In this document: positions 9,405 through 19,266 of the stretch, one piece after another | Layout: each line of letters starts with the position of its first letter | Position numbering within the stretch: the stretch's first letter is position 1 | Assembly: GCA_041565275.1 (NCBI GenBank) | Contig: JBFGVE010000001.1 | Coordinates: 25,970-89,969, forward strand | Direction of reading: 5' to 3' | From: Bacteroidia bacterium | GTDB taxonomy: Bacteria; Bacteroidota; Bacteroidia; J057; JADKCL01 | DNA: 64,000 bases | The notes under the pieces: model-generated | What the model saw: only the letters and a program-made list of their open reading frames with translations | Told to the model about the DNA's origin: nothing | The model's database searches: none | Made by a program: the position numbers and the translations under genes

Positions 9405-10499
9405 CTAACCCACTGATTTGATCCATCCCCCTCCCAGAACATCATTTTCTTCATAGAAAACAGCACTCTGACCTGGAGCAATAGCCTTTACTGGCTCATG
9501 AAAGATGACATCTACCTGGTTTTCATCCACCGTGTGAATGGTACTCATATTGCCACTATCTTTGTATCTTACCTTAGTTAAAGACTGAATATTAGGTGAC
9601 AACTTAGGATATTTCACTAAATTCACTCCTCGGACCCGCATCTTTCGATCCAATAGTTCATCCTCCTTGCCGATTTGAACGGTATTATTCACTGAGTCAA
9701 TTTTTGTTACATAGTAGGGTTCCCCCATGGGGATAATTCCCTTACGCTGCCCGACAGTGTAATACGGATAACCTTTGTGCTGGCCAACAACGGTACCATC
9801 TGCAAGCACAAAATTACCGTTGGCAACGCTTTCTTCTAAACCCTCTACGCGACGGTTCAGGAAACCGTGGTAATCATTGTCCGGAATGAAACAGATCTCA
9901 TAAGACTCAGGTTTCTTGACCAAGTTATCATAGCTCATTTCTAGAGCCATCTCTCGAATCTCAGGCTTTTGATATTTTCCCATGGGAAAAATAGTTCGGG
10001 CCAGACTGCTTTGCTTCAGTCCCCAAAGAACATAACTCTGATCTTTATTGGAATCGACTCCACGTGAAATGATATGGCGGTCGTTTTCCATGCGCACTTG
10101 GGCATAATGACCAGTAGCAATGAATTCGCAGTCCATCCTATCCGCGCGTCGGAGAAGCGCATCCCATTTGATATGTGTATTGCAGAGTACGCAGGGATTT
10201 GGTGTACGACCTGCAAGGTATTCTTCCACGAAATTATCGATAACAAAATCACCAAATTCATCACGAATATCAATGATATAATGGGGAAAACCCACATCAA
10301 CTGCCACCATGCGGGCATCGTTGATCGAATCAAGGCTACAGCAACCTGTTTCCTTTTTACTGCCTCCGGAATTGGCATAATCCCAGGTTTTCATTGTTAA
10401 ACCGACCACTTCGTATCCCTGCTCATGCAGCAGTACGGCGGTAACTGTACTGTCAAGTCCTCCACTCATTGCGACTAACACCCGCCCATGCTTACTCAT
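9405..10499 (-). CDS. mnmA: tRNA 2-thiouridine(34) synthase MnmA
   Basis: 364 aa. PP-loop VLVAMSGGLDSTV. Conserved CCSLDSINDAR, NPCVLCN and DQSY motifs. Confidence 0.95.
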   Translation of the reverse strand: MSKHGRVLVAMSGGLDSTVTAVLLHEQGYEVVGLTMKTWDYANSGGSKKETGCCSLDSINDARMVAVDVGFPHYIIDIRDEFGDFVIDNFVEEYLAGRTPNPCVLCNTHIKWDALLRRADRMDCEFIATGHYAQVRMENDRHIISRGVDSNKDQSYVLWGLKQSSLARTIFPMGKYQKPEIREMALEMSYDNLVKKPESYEICFIPDNDYHGFLNRRVEGLEESVANGNFVLADGTVVGQHKGYPYYTVGQRKGIIPMGEPYYVTKIDSVNNTVQIGKEDELLDRKMRVRGVNLVKYPKLSPNIQSLTKVRYKDSGNMSTIHTVDENQVDVIFHEPVKAIAPGQSAVFYEENDVLGGGWIKSVG

Positions 10500-10541
10500 A
10501 TTAAACCACTTTTTCTGCGAAGATAAATAATATGGGATTGA

Positions 10542-11993
10542 TTAGCGGCCCTGTCCGTTACTATAATCATCAAACAGTTTGTTGTTGTCAAAGTTGCCTT
10601 GCGTGACAGTCCGAACAACTTCGTACTGCCAGCGGGGATTGCTAATCTCACCGAGAAGATTAGAATGCAGAAGCATGTATTCATCAACTGCTAAATTGGG
10701 ATTGTAAAAAACGAACATCACATTGGATTGGGTCTTGATCTTGTCGTAACGCCATACCTCATAAGGATAATTGGTGTTACTGCTGGGGAAGCGTTCGATA
10801 TCATTAGGAGGACCATTTACTAAAAAGATCCGTCCACGGTCAGTGCGCCATCCTTCGAGGTGTGCAGCTTTGAAGTGATCGTTGCCGTATTCAATTCGAT
10901 TCTTGTGTGCTATAAATGGCTTGCCCGGACTGTCAGAGGATGACTTTCTTCGCCTGGCCCAAAAGTTCACGAAGAAGTTTTTCTTTTGGTCAATTGTACT
11001 CAAGGATTTAGCAAACTCTGCTTCCGTAGGGGTCGAAATAAGATAGAGGGTATTCAAATAATAATCCAACTCTTCATCGTCCAGGTTGAATACTTCATCG
11101 TAGGGGGTTTCGGTAACGGAGACCGGGGTCTTCACCCGGGAATTTGAGAGGAAAAACTTCTTTTTTCCCTTCGCAATCGGCTTTTGCTGTTTATTGAAAA
11201 GCTCAATTTGGAGGTAGTAGCTCTGAGACGGGAGATTACTGATGTCAAATCCTCCCTGGATCAAAGACAGGGGCCCGACCGCTTGCCGTGTAATCTTTTG
11301 AGCCCCGGGAAGCTTTGACTCTGAATTGGCCATGGTAAGGTAGGTATTGACGAAGAAAACATCTTCTGACTCACGGTCAGTATGATAAGCTTCCAGATAA
11401 TAATTCAACGAATCGGCATTGATGTAAGTACCATTGGTGACCAGAGGGAGGATCTCGTAGCCATGTTTGTGGTGTCCCTGCCCTACCTCAGATTTCCTAA
11501 AGGACTGTATAAACTCGATTCCACTTAGACTGCAAAAGTTTTGAGACTGAGTTTCCAGTTCAAATTCACGGACAAACTTGTGCAGTTTTGCGTCTGGCAG
11601 GTTTTTGTCTTTCAGGTGACCAGTAAAAACATATCTTCCGGGCTCAAGGCTAATCCGTCGGATGTCCATGGTTCCAAATTTTTTTTCACTAGTGGAAGTA
11701 TCGGAAATTGTCTCACTTGCTAGTACATAGCTCCTTTCGTACACCAAGATGCCATTTTGGTCATTGACCAGAAGTTGGACTTCCACCTCGCCCGAGTAAC
11801 TACCTGGCCCCTTCAATTCCAGAAGCATACTCTTGGTCTCAATATCCAAATAAAACTCTACATAGGGTTTCCCCTCCTGATCATAGAAGGGACACATATC
11901 TACATAGTACATAAGCTCCTGAGCAGGCAAAAATGTCCAACAGAATGTAAAAAGGAAACCTATGAGGTGCTTTGAGAGAGTATTCATGCACAT
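10542..11993 (-). CDS. GWxTD domain-containing protein
   Basis: 483 aa. Signal peptide LIGFLFTFCWTFLPAQ. The motif GWRTDRGRIFLVNGPP lies near the C-terminus. Confidence 0.8.
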   Translation of the reverse strand: MCMNTLSKHLIGFLFTFCWTFLPAQELMYYVDMCPFYDQEGKPYVEFYLDIETKSMLLELKGPGSYSGEVEVQLLVNDQNGILVYERSYVLASETISDTSTSEKKFGTMDIRRISLEPGRYVFTGHLKDKNLPDAKLHKFVREFELETQSQNFCSLSGIEFIQSFRKSEVGQGHHKHGYEILPLVTNGTYINADSLNYYLEAYHTDRESEDVFFVNTYLTMANSESKLPGAQKITRQAVGPLSLIQGGFDISNLPSQSYYLQIELFNKQQKPIAKGKKKFFLSNSRVKTPVSVTETPYDEVFNLDDEELDYYLNTLYLISTPTEAEFAKSLSTIDQKKNFFVNFWARRRKSSSDSPGKPFIAHKNRIEYGNDHFKAAHLEGWRTDRGRIFLVNGPPNDIERFPSSNTNYPYEVWRYDKIKTQSNVMFVFYNPNLAVDEYMLLHSNLLGEISNPRWQYEVVRTVTQGNFDNNKLFDDYSNGQGR

Positions 11994-12129
11994 AGTCTAA
12001 AGATTTAACCCGGATTTCCGGAAGCGATATGCACCTAATTACAGTCGCTTGGGGAACAATAACACGATTAATAAAATAAACTTAACATAAAGGTACAGAA
12101 ATCCAGAGAGTTTTGATGGTCGATCAAGT

Positions 12130-12400
12130 CTACAGATAACACGATTCCAGGAAATAGCGCCTGACAACACACGTTATATCGACTGCGGTTTTAAGATCGG
12201 GAAAGTCTTGATAGTACTCAGCATTGAGCTTTCCGAACAGAATAGGTGTTACTATCAATGGATAGAGCTTCACTGACAAGGGACAAAGCGAGCACTTCCA
12301 GGTTAGAAAACATGGCTTCCGGGCCCAGACGGACATAGTTTCCTTGTTCATTGACTTGATCTTTCAGCATTTCTTTTTCAGAGCGAGACACTAGAAACAA
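12130..12400 (-). pseudogene. transposase N-terminal fragment, split over two frames (family uncertain)
   Basis: Two short overlapping ORFs in different frames. One reads ...FSNLEVLALSLVSEALSIDSNTY.... The other reads ...FGKLNAEYYQDFPDLKTAVD.... Both resemble the N-terminal region of DDE transposases that carry a 'SDLEVIALSL..E.LSIDSE' motif. No catalytic domain follows. Confidence 0.45.
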
Positions 12401-12493
12401 TATCTTAATTTGCTAATTGCCTATAAAATTGTTTTGTACATTTTCCCGTTTTGAGAACCTCAATACGGTAGTTCACTCAAATTAATTTAAGTT

Positions 12494-12792
12494 ATGGTAC
12501 ACTCAAAAGTAAGTTCCTCAGAAAAGTCTCAACATGCTCCTGCTCCCTCAGGCCCCGCCCAATTCGAATCCACCGGCAGCGTAGCAAGTGGCAGTCCGAG
12601 GGTAGCGCAGCTCAAAGCTCTTCAGGAAGCCGCCAACAACAGTCCACAGGTTACTCAACTCAAAAAGTTGCAGGCTGTGCTGTCAATGGAAGATCGGAGG
12701 TCACTCAGTTGAAGGAAGATCCTGCGATGCAATTGTTCGCGGCGGGCTTGGCAGAAGGCGATCCAAAAAAACGCAAAAAGCAAGGAGCCTGA
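12494..12792 (+). pseudogene. frameshifted small gene encoding a (V/A)xQLKxLQ repeat peptide, probably the N-terminal fragment of a larger gene
   Basis: The track ORF 12494..12712 encodes ...SPRVAQLKALQEAANNSPQVTQLKKLQAVLS.... A third repeat unit (EVTQLKEDPAMQLFAAGLAEGDPKKRKKQGA*) continues in another frame to the TGA at 12790-12792. Confidence 0.5.
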
Positions 12793-12835
12793 AAGCCCTA
12801 TTTAGTTTCTTGGATCTTTCAGGATAGAATAAATC

Positions 12836-12888
12836 AAAACCGCAGTACAACTAATTAATGGTGGCTCTGCGGTTTTAATTTTTTTTTC
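12836..12888 (+). terminator. rho-independent terminator candidate
   Basis: AAAACCGCAG (12836-12845) pairs with CTGCGGTTTT (12866-12875). A T-rich tail follows, including T9 (12879-12887). The loop is unusually long at about 20 nt. Confidence 0.55.
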
Positions 12889-12897
12889 CTCACTCCG

Positions 12898-13600
12898 TCA
12901 CCGCCCATTCGGCCCTCTTACTTTGGTTCCATAAGTATATGGATTTGTTAATCCTCCTGTTTTTAACAAATCTCCCTTCTTCACATAGATCAACACTTCG
13001 AACTGGATACATTGAGAAAAGAACCTTCGTACCTGAAGTATTCTTGCATCGCTGGAGAGGTCGCGGTCGTCATCTTCAGTGGAGATGAAGCACGCAGTGA
13101 TGAGACCTCCCAAAGCAGATGAACCTTGAAGGCCGTTCATATTTAACAACCTGTGGTAAAGCGGATGGCATTCAGAATTTCTATCTCCAGCCCCAAAACA
13201 AACAACTTCGCCTTTTGCATGTGTTATTGATCAATCCGTGTATAAGCCTGACCCCTCCAGCCAGTGGATAAAGACATAAATGCATTTAGCGGTTTTGTTT
13301 CTCGATTCCACATATTGGCTCAACAACAATTTGTTGCCGCTCGCCCAGGCACTGACCATATGAATTGCTGCTTTTCCATCTCCCCGATCAAAGCTGCCTC
13401 GAAGCCTTTTCCCATCAAAAGAGACCAATTCCAGGGAAGTGATCCCGCATATCTGGTTCGTCTAGTCAACAAATTTCCTCATAGCCGAACTATTCAATGT
13501 CCACAAAGGTCTCGGCCCCGGCTACTACTGCGGCAATTGAAAAACCAATAATAGAACCCGAAGCATATTTTTTGTATCAGCAGATTAATTCATACTACGG
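12898..13600 (-). mobile_element. ISAs1-family-like transposase remnant (stops, frameshifts, internal deletion)
   Basis: Minus-strand fragments: ...IIGFSIAAVVAGAETFVDIE*FGYEE..., then FDGKRLRGSFDRGDGKAAIHMVSAWASGNKLLLSQYVESRNK...GLYTD*. A C-terminal piece follows: ...CFISTEDDD...ARILQVRRFF.... The order and motifs (DGKxLRGS, HxVSA) resemble ISAs1 transposases, but the middle of the catalytic region is missing. Confidence 0.6.
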
Positions 13601-13665
13601 GTGATAAAACTGTAAATTTGGCTGTAAAGCACGTGTAAAAAAGGTGGGGACGCTAATTTAAAACT

Positions 13666-13890
13666 ATGATTGACATCATTCGCCGTAGATGGATGCTCTT
13701 CCTGCTCGCGTCCCTGACCTTAGGGTTGGCCCCCTTTACCCCTGAACCCCATATATGGGAAAAAATTCGGTGGATCACTCGTGGAGAATTTCCTATGCAA
13801 GCTACCTACGTCTTCGATGTGTTTATACATGGGGTACCCTGGCTTTTTCTGATCTTCTCTCTTCTCCTAAATCTGAAAAGAAGAAATTAG
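13666..13890 (+). CDS. small membrane protein, hypothetical
   Basis: 74 aa with two hydrophobic segments (WMLFLLASLTLGLAPF and VPWLFLIFSLLLNL). Confidence 0.5.
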   Translation: MIDIIRRRWMLFLLASLTLGLAPFTPEPHIWEKIRWITRGEFPMQATYVFDVFIHGVPWLFLIFSLLLNLKRRN

Positions 13891-13917
13891 ATTCTTTCAC
13901 CTTAAACTTTGAAGTGA

Positions 13918-14538
13918 ATGAATGTTTTTCCCATTTACTATTTCCCACCTGTTTCGTGGTTCGCAGCTGCGGCTCAGGAACGGGTGCTATTGCTTGAGAC
14001 CCAGGAATACTATAAAAAGCAAAATTACTTCAACCGGATGCGTATCCTGTCTTCCAACAGAGTTTTAACCTTGAGCATTCCAATTCGAAAGGCGAAGGAA
14101 AATACAATTATATGCAAGCGGGAAATTTTTTTCGATGGAAAATGGATGCGTGACCATTGGGTTTCACTCATCAGCGCTTACCGTTCTTCCCCTTATTTCG
14201 AATTCTACGAAGATTATTTTGAGCCTTTCTTCAAAGAGAAAAGGACATCACTGGTAGACCATAACCTGGCCATCATTAAGGTACTCCGGGAGATCCTTCA
14301 ACTTGACTTTGAAATCCAATTGACGGATTCTTTTCACAGCTCCGGCCACTACCAGACCGATTACCGTAGGGCATTCAATTCAAAGGGACCTACTCAAGCT
14401 GATTGGTTTACTTCCAGTCCCTACCTTCACGTATTTGGGGATACCTTTCACCCCGATCTTTCTGTCTTGGACTTGCTATTTAATCTGGGTCCTGCCAGCA
14501 GCGTGTATCTGAATAACTCCTTTAAGGGGATAAGCTAA
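13918..14538 (+). CDS. WbqC family protein
   Basis: 206 aa. The N-terminus MNVFPIYYFPPVSWFAAAAQERVLLLETQEYYKKQNYFNRMRI and the ...SPYFEFYEDYFEPFF region resemble WbqC-like proteins. Confidence 0.6.
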   Translation: MNVFPIYYFPPVSWFAAAAQERVLLLETQEYYKKQNYFNRMRILSSNRVLTLSIPIRKAKENTIICKREIFFDGKWMRDHWVSLISAYRSSPYFEFYEDYFEPFFKEKRTSLVDHNLAIIKVLREILQLDFEIQLTDSFHSSGHYQTDYRRAFNSKGPTQADWFTSSPYLHVFGDTFHPDLSVLDLLFNLGPASSVYLNNSFKGIS

Positions 14539-14582
14539 TGAACAGTACCTGATGTACTTGAGAAGAATTGAAAACAGTCTAA

Positions 14583-15260
14583 TCATATGGAGATATCAGG
14601 AATGTATACGACGGATTCAATCCATTTTTGCGAGGAGATAAAATCAACAGTAGTATCACGAATTTCAGAATCAACTTCCAATACCAGTTTCGCAGTTTGT
14701 TCTTTTCCCTGCCGGTCGACGGTCATAGTTGCTATGTTGCATGCTTCATGAGAAAGGACAGTTGCCACGAAAGAAATAGAGCCCGGGATATCCTGTGCCG
14801 TAATAATCAGCGTATGTCGCTGGGCAGTGAAGTTACACCTGAAACCATCGATCTCTATAATTGAGACCAAACCACCACCTCGAGAAATTCCGATGATCTC
14901 ACAAGAAGACCCACCTGAGAAAGCAGCAATCCTGATTGTATTAGGGTGAAGAGCAGAGGCATTGGTAATAGCCTTGAATTTGTACGTCAAACCTGCCTCC
15001 AAAGCAACATCAAATGCTGTTTTTATTCTCTCGTCATCAGTTTCCATGTTGAGTAGGCCCGCAATTACGGCCCTATCGCTACCATGCCCCTCGAAAGTCC
15101 TTGAAAATGAGTTGTAGAATGTGACCACAACTGAATCAACGGGTTCTCCAAGTAACTTTCTTGCGACCCGGCCAATGCGGACAACTCCGGCGGTATGAGA
15201 ACTGGATGGACCTATCATGACAGGACCTATCATGTCAAATATACTGGAACGTTGTGACAT
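14583..15260 (-). CDS. sdaAB: L-serine ammonia-lyase (iron-sulfur type), beta subunit
   Basis: 225 aa. SIFDMIGPVMIGPSSSHTAGVVRIGRVARKLLG and a C-terminal ACT-like domain. It is collinear with Bacillus SdaAB as I recall it. Confidence 0.85.
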   Translation of the reverse strand: MSQRSSIFDMIGPVMIGPSSSHTAGVVRIGRVARKLLGEPVDSVVVTFYNSFSRTFEGHGSDRAVIAGLLNMETDDERIKTAFDVALEAGLTYKFKAITNASALHPNTIRIAAFSGGSSCEIIGISRGGGLVSIIEIDGFRCNFTAQRHTLIITAQDIPGSISFVATVLSHEACNIATMTVDRQGKEQTAKLVLEVDSEIRDTTVDFISSQKWIESVVYIPDISI

Positions 15261-15378
15261 ACAAACTAAATTACAATAGTTCGGTCATATCTCTAGATAG
15301 TCTGTGTAAATTGTCCAAAGTACAGGTTTAAAAACAGATTTTTTTATTTTTAGCTTATGTCTCAGCATTCAAGTTGGT

Positions 15379-16413
15379 ATGGAAACGAGAGTTCAAAAAG
15401 TTGATCCGTCCAATCCAAACCCTGATATCATGGAGGACGCAGGGAGTACAATTTGTTCGGGTGGCCTAGTTGCCTTTCCTACGGAAACGGTATATGGGCT
15501 GGGAGCAAATGCCTTGGATCCTGATGCTATTGGGAGGATATTCTATGTAAAAGGTAGGCCTCAGGACAATCCTTTGATTCTTCATCTTTCAGATTTATCG
15601 GAGGTTTACCCGTATGTTTCGGAAATTTCTGATCTAGCGATCACGCTTATGAAAAGGTTTTGGCCAGGCCCCATGACCCTCGTCCTGCCACGTTCCGAAC
15701 TGATTCCTTCCATACTTACTGCTGGCCTGAACACTGTCGCCATCAGAGTACCAGACCATCGCATCGCCCGTGAGTTGATTCGGTATGCAGGGGTACCGAT
15801 TGCAGCACCATCCGCCAACATATCTGGTAAGCCGAGCCCGACTCAAGCATCCCATGTTATACGCGATCTTTCGGGTAAGATTGATCTAGTTATTGATGGA
15901 GGAGATACCAACATAGGATTGGAGTCTACGGTGTTGGATCTAACAGTAGATCCTCCTACTTTACTCCGTCCGGGAGGTATAACCCTAGAGCAACTTCGGG
16001 ATGTACTGGGTGAGGTCGTGGAGCATCAGGTAGTGCAGGAAGAATTATCTGAAGTGGTAGAAGCTTTGGCGCCTGGGATGAAGTACAAACATTATTCACC
16101 AAAAGCGGATTTGATATTACTCAAAGGTGATCAGAAGGCCGTACTTGGGAAAATGATAGGGCTGGCAGCGGAACTAAAAAATGAAGGGAAACGTGTGGGG
16201 GTGATCACTATTGACAGGAAGCCTGTCCCTGGAATAGAGGTCCAGAAAGTTGCAGGTAAATCCATATCTGAGATGGCCCATAATCTGTTTCGTATACTAA
16301 GGGAGTTTGACGAATTACCCATAGATGTAATCCTTGTAGAAGGAGTTTCAAGTACAGGTCTGGGGTTGGCTGTAATGAACCGTCTTATGAAAGCATGCCT
16401 AAAGATATTTTAA
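15379..16413 (+). CDS. tsaC: L-threonylcarbamoyladenylate synthase (Sua5/YwlC type)
   Basis: 344 aa. YrdC core: GGLVAFPTETVYGLGANA...KGRPQDNPLILH...PSANISGKPSPT. A C-terminal Sua5 domain follows. Confidence 0.9.
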   Translation: METRVQKVDPSNPNPDIMEDAGSTICSGGLVAFPTETVYGLGANALDPDAIGRIFYVKGRPQDNPLILHLSDLSEVYPYVSEISDLAITLMKRFWPGPMTLVLPRSELIPSILTAGLNTVAIRVPDHRIARELIRYAGVPIAAPSANISGKPSPTQASHVIRDLSGKIDLVIDGGDTNIGLESTVLDLTVDPPTLLRPGGITLEQLRDVLGEVVEHQVVQEELSEVVEALAPGMKYKHYSPKADLILLKGDQKAVLGKMIGLAAELKNEGKRVGVITIDRKPVPGIEVQKVAGKSISEMAHNLFRILREFDELPIDVILVEGVSSTGLGLAVMNRLMKACLKIF

Positions 16414-16597
16414 AATTTTGCCGTTTGTTACCATCTATCTTGGAAAACCCCTAATAATCTAATAATTAATATGTAAAATCCATCCTAAACCATTCGGGTC
16501 TGTCTGAACCAAAAATGAGGCACCTCGGTCGAATTGGATTTTCATTTGTGAAAAGGCCCGTGATGTATTAAATAGCCAAGCTAAAACAGAAAATAGT

Positions 16598-17266
16598 ATG
16601 GAAGCAACACCCGAATCTTTATTGAAAGAAGCTGCGTTTGTATTTCAACGTAGCGGTCGCAATTTGTCATCAGCCCTGGTTTACGCTGAAGTGGCTAGAC
16701 ACATTGAAAATGATCCAGCCATTTATACTGGCATGGGGGCTGCATTGGCAAAATCATTCGAAGGTGAAGATGAACTCCTTTTTTACACTTGGGCAACAAA
16801 AGCCTTGAAAAGGGGCTTGCTGCTGGGACAAGGGACCATGTTTGAAAGCCCTTGCGTAAACTGGTTGGAGATAATCAAAAAAGAAATCGATGTTGTTCAA
16901 CCAGACCCTATGGAAACATCAGACTTGAATGGTTTAGTAGATTTCCTTGATGACAAAGGGATTAACTTGGTATCTGACTTGGACCGACTAGCTGAAGAAG
17001 ACCTGACTGCAACAGTCATGGCTTTGATTGGAATGCCAAGAGATAGATTTATGAAAGTAGCCCTGGCAGCAATATCCGGCCATTTTGGAGAAAAAATTCA
17101 GCGCATGGGATTGCTTAACATCCATAGATTTAGAGATACACCCACTATTCGGGAAACTTTGGCAAAGGTCGCACTAGAGTTTGATTCTTACGCACTTCAA
17201 CCCGAGTTGGGAAATTCCATGAAAGCCATAGACCCTAAATGGGCGGCACAATTTAAGATGGATTGA
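16598..17266 (+). CDS. hypothetical protein
   Basis: 222-aa ORF with coding-like composition. I recognise no family. Confidence 0.5.
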   Translation: MEATPESLLKEAAFVFQRSGRNLSSALVYAEVARHIENDPAIYTGMGAALAKSFEGEDELLFYTWATKALKRGLLLGQGTMFESPCVNWLEIIKKEIDVVQPDPMETSDLNGLVDFLDDKGINLVSDLDRLAEEDLTATVMALIGMPRDRFMKVALAAISGHFGEKIQRMGLLNIHRFRDTPTIRETLAKVALEFDSYALQPELGNSMKAIDPKWAAQFKMD

Positions 17267-17371
17267 TCTTGAATTTAATACAGTCTTTGGAAGAGCTTGT
17301 TTTTCTATATTCTAGGAAGACAATCTTTTCTTCTTAAATGCGTATTAGGAGATAAAATAGAGCAAAATCAA

Positions 17372-19054
17372 ATGAGCCAGTATAAAAGAAGGAAGCGGTG
17401 GCTGCTACTCTTCGTACCGATCTTTATGATCGCCTCCTTAGGATTTATTCCTCATGAGAATGTTGGGGAAAACTACTTTGAGATATCTAAAAACCTGGAC
17501 ATTTTTGGGAAACTTTACAGGGAAATACACACCTATTACGTAGAGGATATTGACCCCACCGAGTTTATGCGGACCGGTATTGATGCGATGTTGAATTCGC
17601 TTGATCCTTATACTAACTATATTTCTGCTAGTGAGATTGAGGATTATCGATTTATGAGCACAGGCCAGTATGGAGGAATCGGTGCTATAGTTGGGAAGAG
17701 GGATGGGAAGATAATGATTACAGAGCCGTACAAAGATCGACCCGCTGATAAGGCAGGATTGCGTGCTGGAGATGTCATCATTCAGATCGACAATGAAAAA
17801 ATCACCTTTGATAATTACAACTCGCTTGACGTTCGGGACTTACTAAGAGGACAGCCGAAGACCAAGGTCAGTTTGGTTATTGAGCGGCAGGGTGTCGACA
17901 AATCGATGGTGGTGGATGTCATTCGAGAAGATATTAAGATTGACAATGTCTCCTATTATGGGATGATCGATAAGAATATAGGTTATATCTCACTTACTGG
18001 CTTTACAAGTGGTGCTTCTGGAGAGGTCAAAGCTGCTTACCAAGAGCTAAAAAAGAATAATCCTGATCTAAAGGGGGTTGTACTTGATTTGCGGGGTAAT
18101 CCAGGAGGGTTGTTATATGAAGCCATCGATATTTCCAATATTTTTATCGGGCAAGGTGAAAAGATCGTTGAAACCCGGGGCAAGATTGAAGGATCACTAA
18201 AGACCTACAATGCACGTCAAAAGCCGGTTGATACAAGTATCCCACTGGCGGTGTTAATAAATAGGCGTTCAGCATCTGCTTCGGAGATCGTATCCGGGGT
18301 CATGCAAGATCTTGACCGGGGAGTAATTATAGGGCAACGGAGCTTTGGAAAAGGGCTGGTACAAACAACTAGACCGTTAAGCTATAACTCTCAATTGAAG
18401 GTTACGACAGCTAAATATTATACGCCTAGCGGACGCTGCATCCAGGCAATTGATTATGCCAGCCGAAATTTAGATGGATCAGTTGGAAAAGTACCGGATA
18501 GCCTCAAGAGGGAATTCAAAACGGCTAACGGCAGGCTGGTTTATGACGGAGGGGGTATTGACCCAGATATTCAAGTTCCTCTTCCCAATTACCATACCGT
18601 GACCCAGGAACTGGTTCGTCAAAACTTTATATTTGACTACGCTAACCAGTTCCGTAACACCAGAAAATCGATTGGAAGCCCGAGAGATTTTCAGATCACG
18701 GACGAGATTTATGATAGTTTTCTTGAATTCTGTGAGGAAAAGGAATTTAGTTTTGAAACCAAAACAGAAAAAGAGTTTGAGAAGCTCAAAGAGTTGATGA
18801 AAGACGAAGCATACCTTGAAGATTTAAGCCTTGAGCTTGAAGCGATCGAAAAAAAGCTAGAGGAGGAAAAGACCTCAGATTTAGATGATTTTCGCAGAGA
18901 GATTTCAAATCTTCTTAAAACAGAGATCGTAAACAGGTTTTTCTTCAAAGAGGGAGAAATTGAGGCTTCGTTTGACATTGATTCTGATCTGGTAACAGCA
19001 GTTGAAGTTCTTCGAGATCAGGAACGATATCAAAATATTCTAGCCGGAGAGTGA
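17372..19054 (+). CDS. S41 family C-terminal processing peptidase
   Basis: Track ORF 17297..19054. The ATG at 17372 gives MSQYKRRKRWLLLFVPIFMIASLG (signal anchor). PDZ domain (GLRAGDVIIQIDN). S41 core (LDLRGNPGGLL, RRSASASEIVSGVMQD, GQRSFGKGLVQ). Confidence 0.9.
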   Translation: MSQYKRRKRWLLLFVPIFMIASLGFIPHENVGENYFEISKNLDIFGKLYREIHTYYVEDIDPTEFMRTGIDAMLNSLDPYTNYISASEIEDYRFMSTGQYGGIGAIVGKRDGKIMITEPYKDRPADKAGLRAGDVIIQIDNEKITFDNYNSLDVRDLLRGQPKTKVSLVIERQGVDKSMVVDVIREDIKIDNVSYYGMIDKNIGYISLTGFTSGASGEVKAAYQELKKNNPDLKGVVLDLRGNPGGLLYEAIDISNIFIGQGEKIVETRGKIEGSLKTYNARQKPVDTSIPLAVLINRRSASASEIVSGVMQDLDRGVIIGQRSFGKGLVQTTRPLSYNSQLKVTTAKYYTPSGRCIQAIDYASRNLDGSVGKVPDSLKREFKTANGRLVYDGGGIDPDIQVPLPNYHTVTQELVRQNFIFDYANQFRNTRKSIGSPRDFQITDEIYDSFLEFCEEKEFSFETKTEKEFEKLKELMKDEAYLEDLSLELEAIEKKLEEEKTSDLDDFRREISNLLKTEIVNRFFFKEGEIEASFDIDSDLVTAVEVLRDQERYQNILAGE

Positions 19055-19266
19055 TCATGTGATTAACCACTATTGGATGAAGCTCAGGGCAGATAATCCT
19101 CTATGACGATTAAAAGGGTGAGTTTCAGAACCGTCTCCCAAAAGCGATTTCTGGAAACCTCTTTTCCCGGGTGATTCTACCGCTAGACAAAATTAATATT
19201 GTTATGATCCTATCTTTTGACTTTGCTTATATAGAGCCTATCCAATAAGCTTGTATTTTTGCCCTA

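Noticed and set aside
13264-13551. 95-aa + strand ORF in the IS remnant
   Set aside because: The opposite strand carries recognisable, though broken, transposase motifs (DGKRLRGS, HMVSAW). The + strand ORF is an antisense artefact.
19122-19165. Imperfect hairpin GTTTCAGA...TCTGGAAAC followed by CTCTTTT, downstream of the S41 peptidase gene
   Set aside because: The stem is bulged and AU-rich, the loop is ~20 nt, and only four T follow. It is a possible terminator, but the evidence is insufficient.
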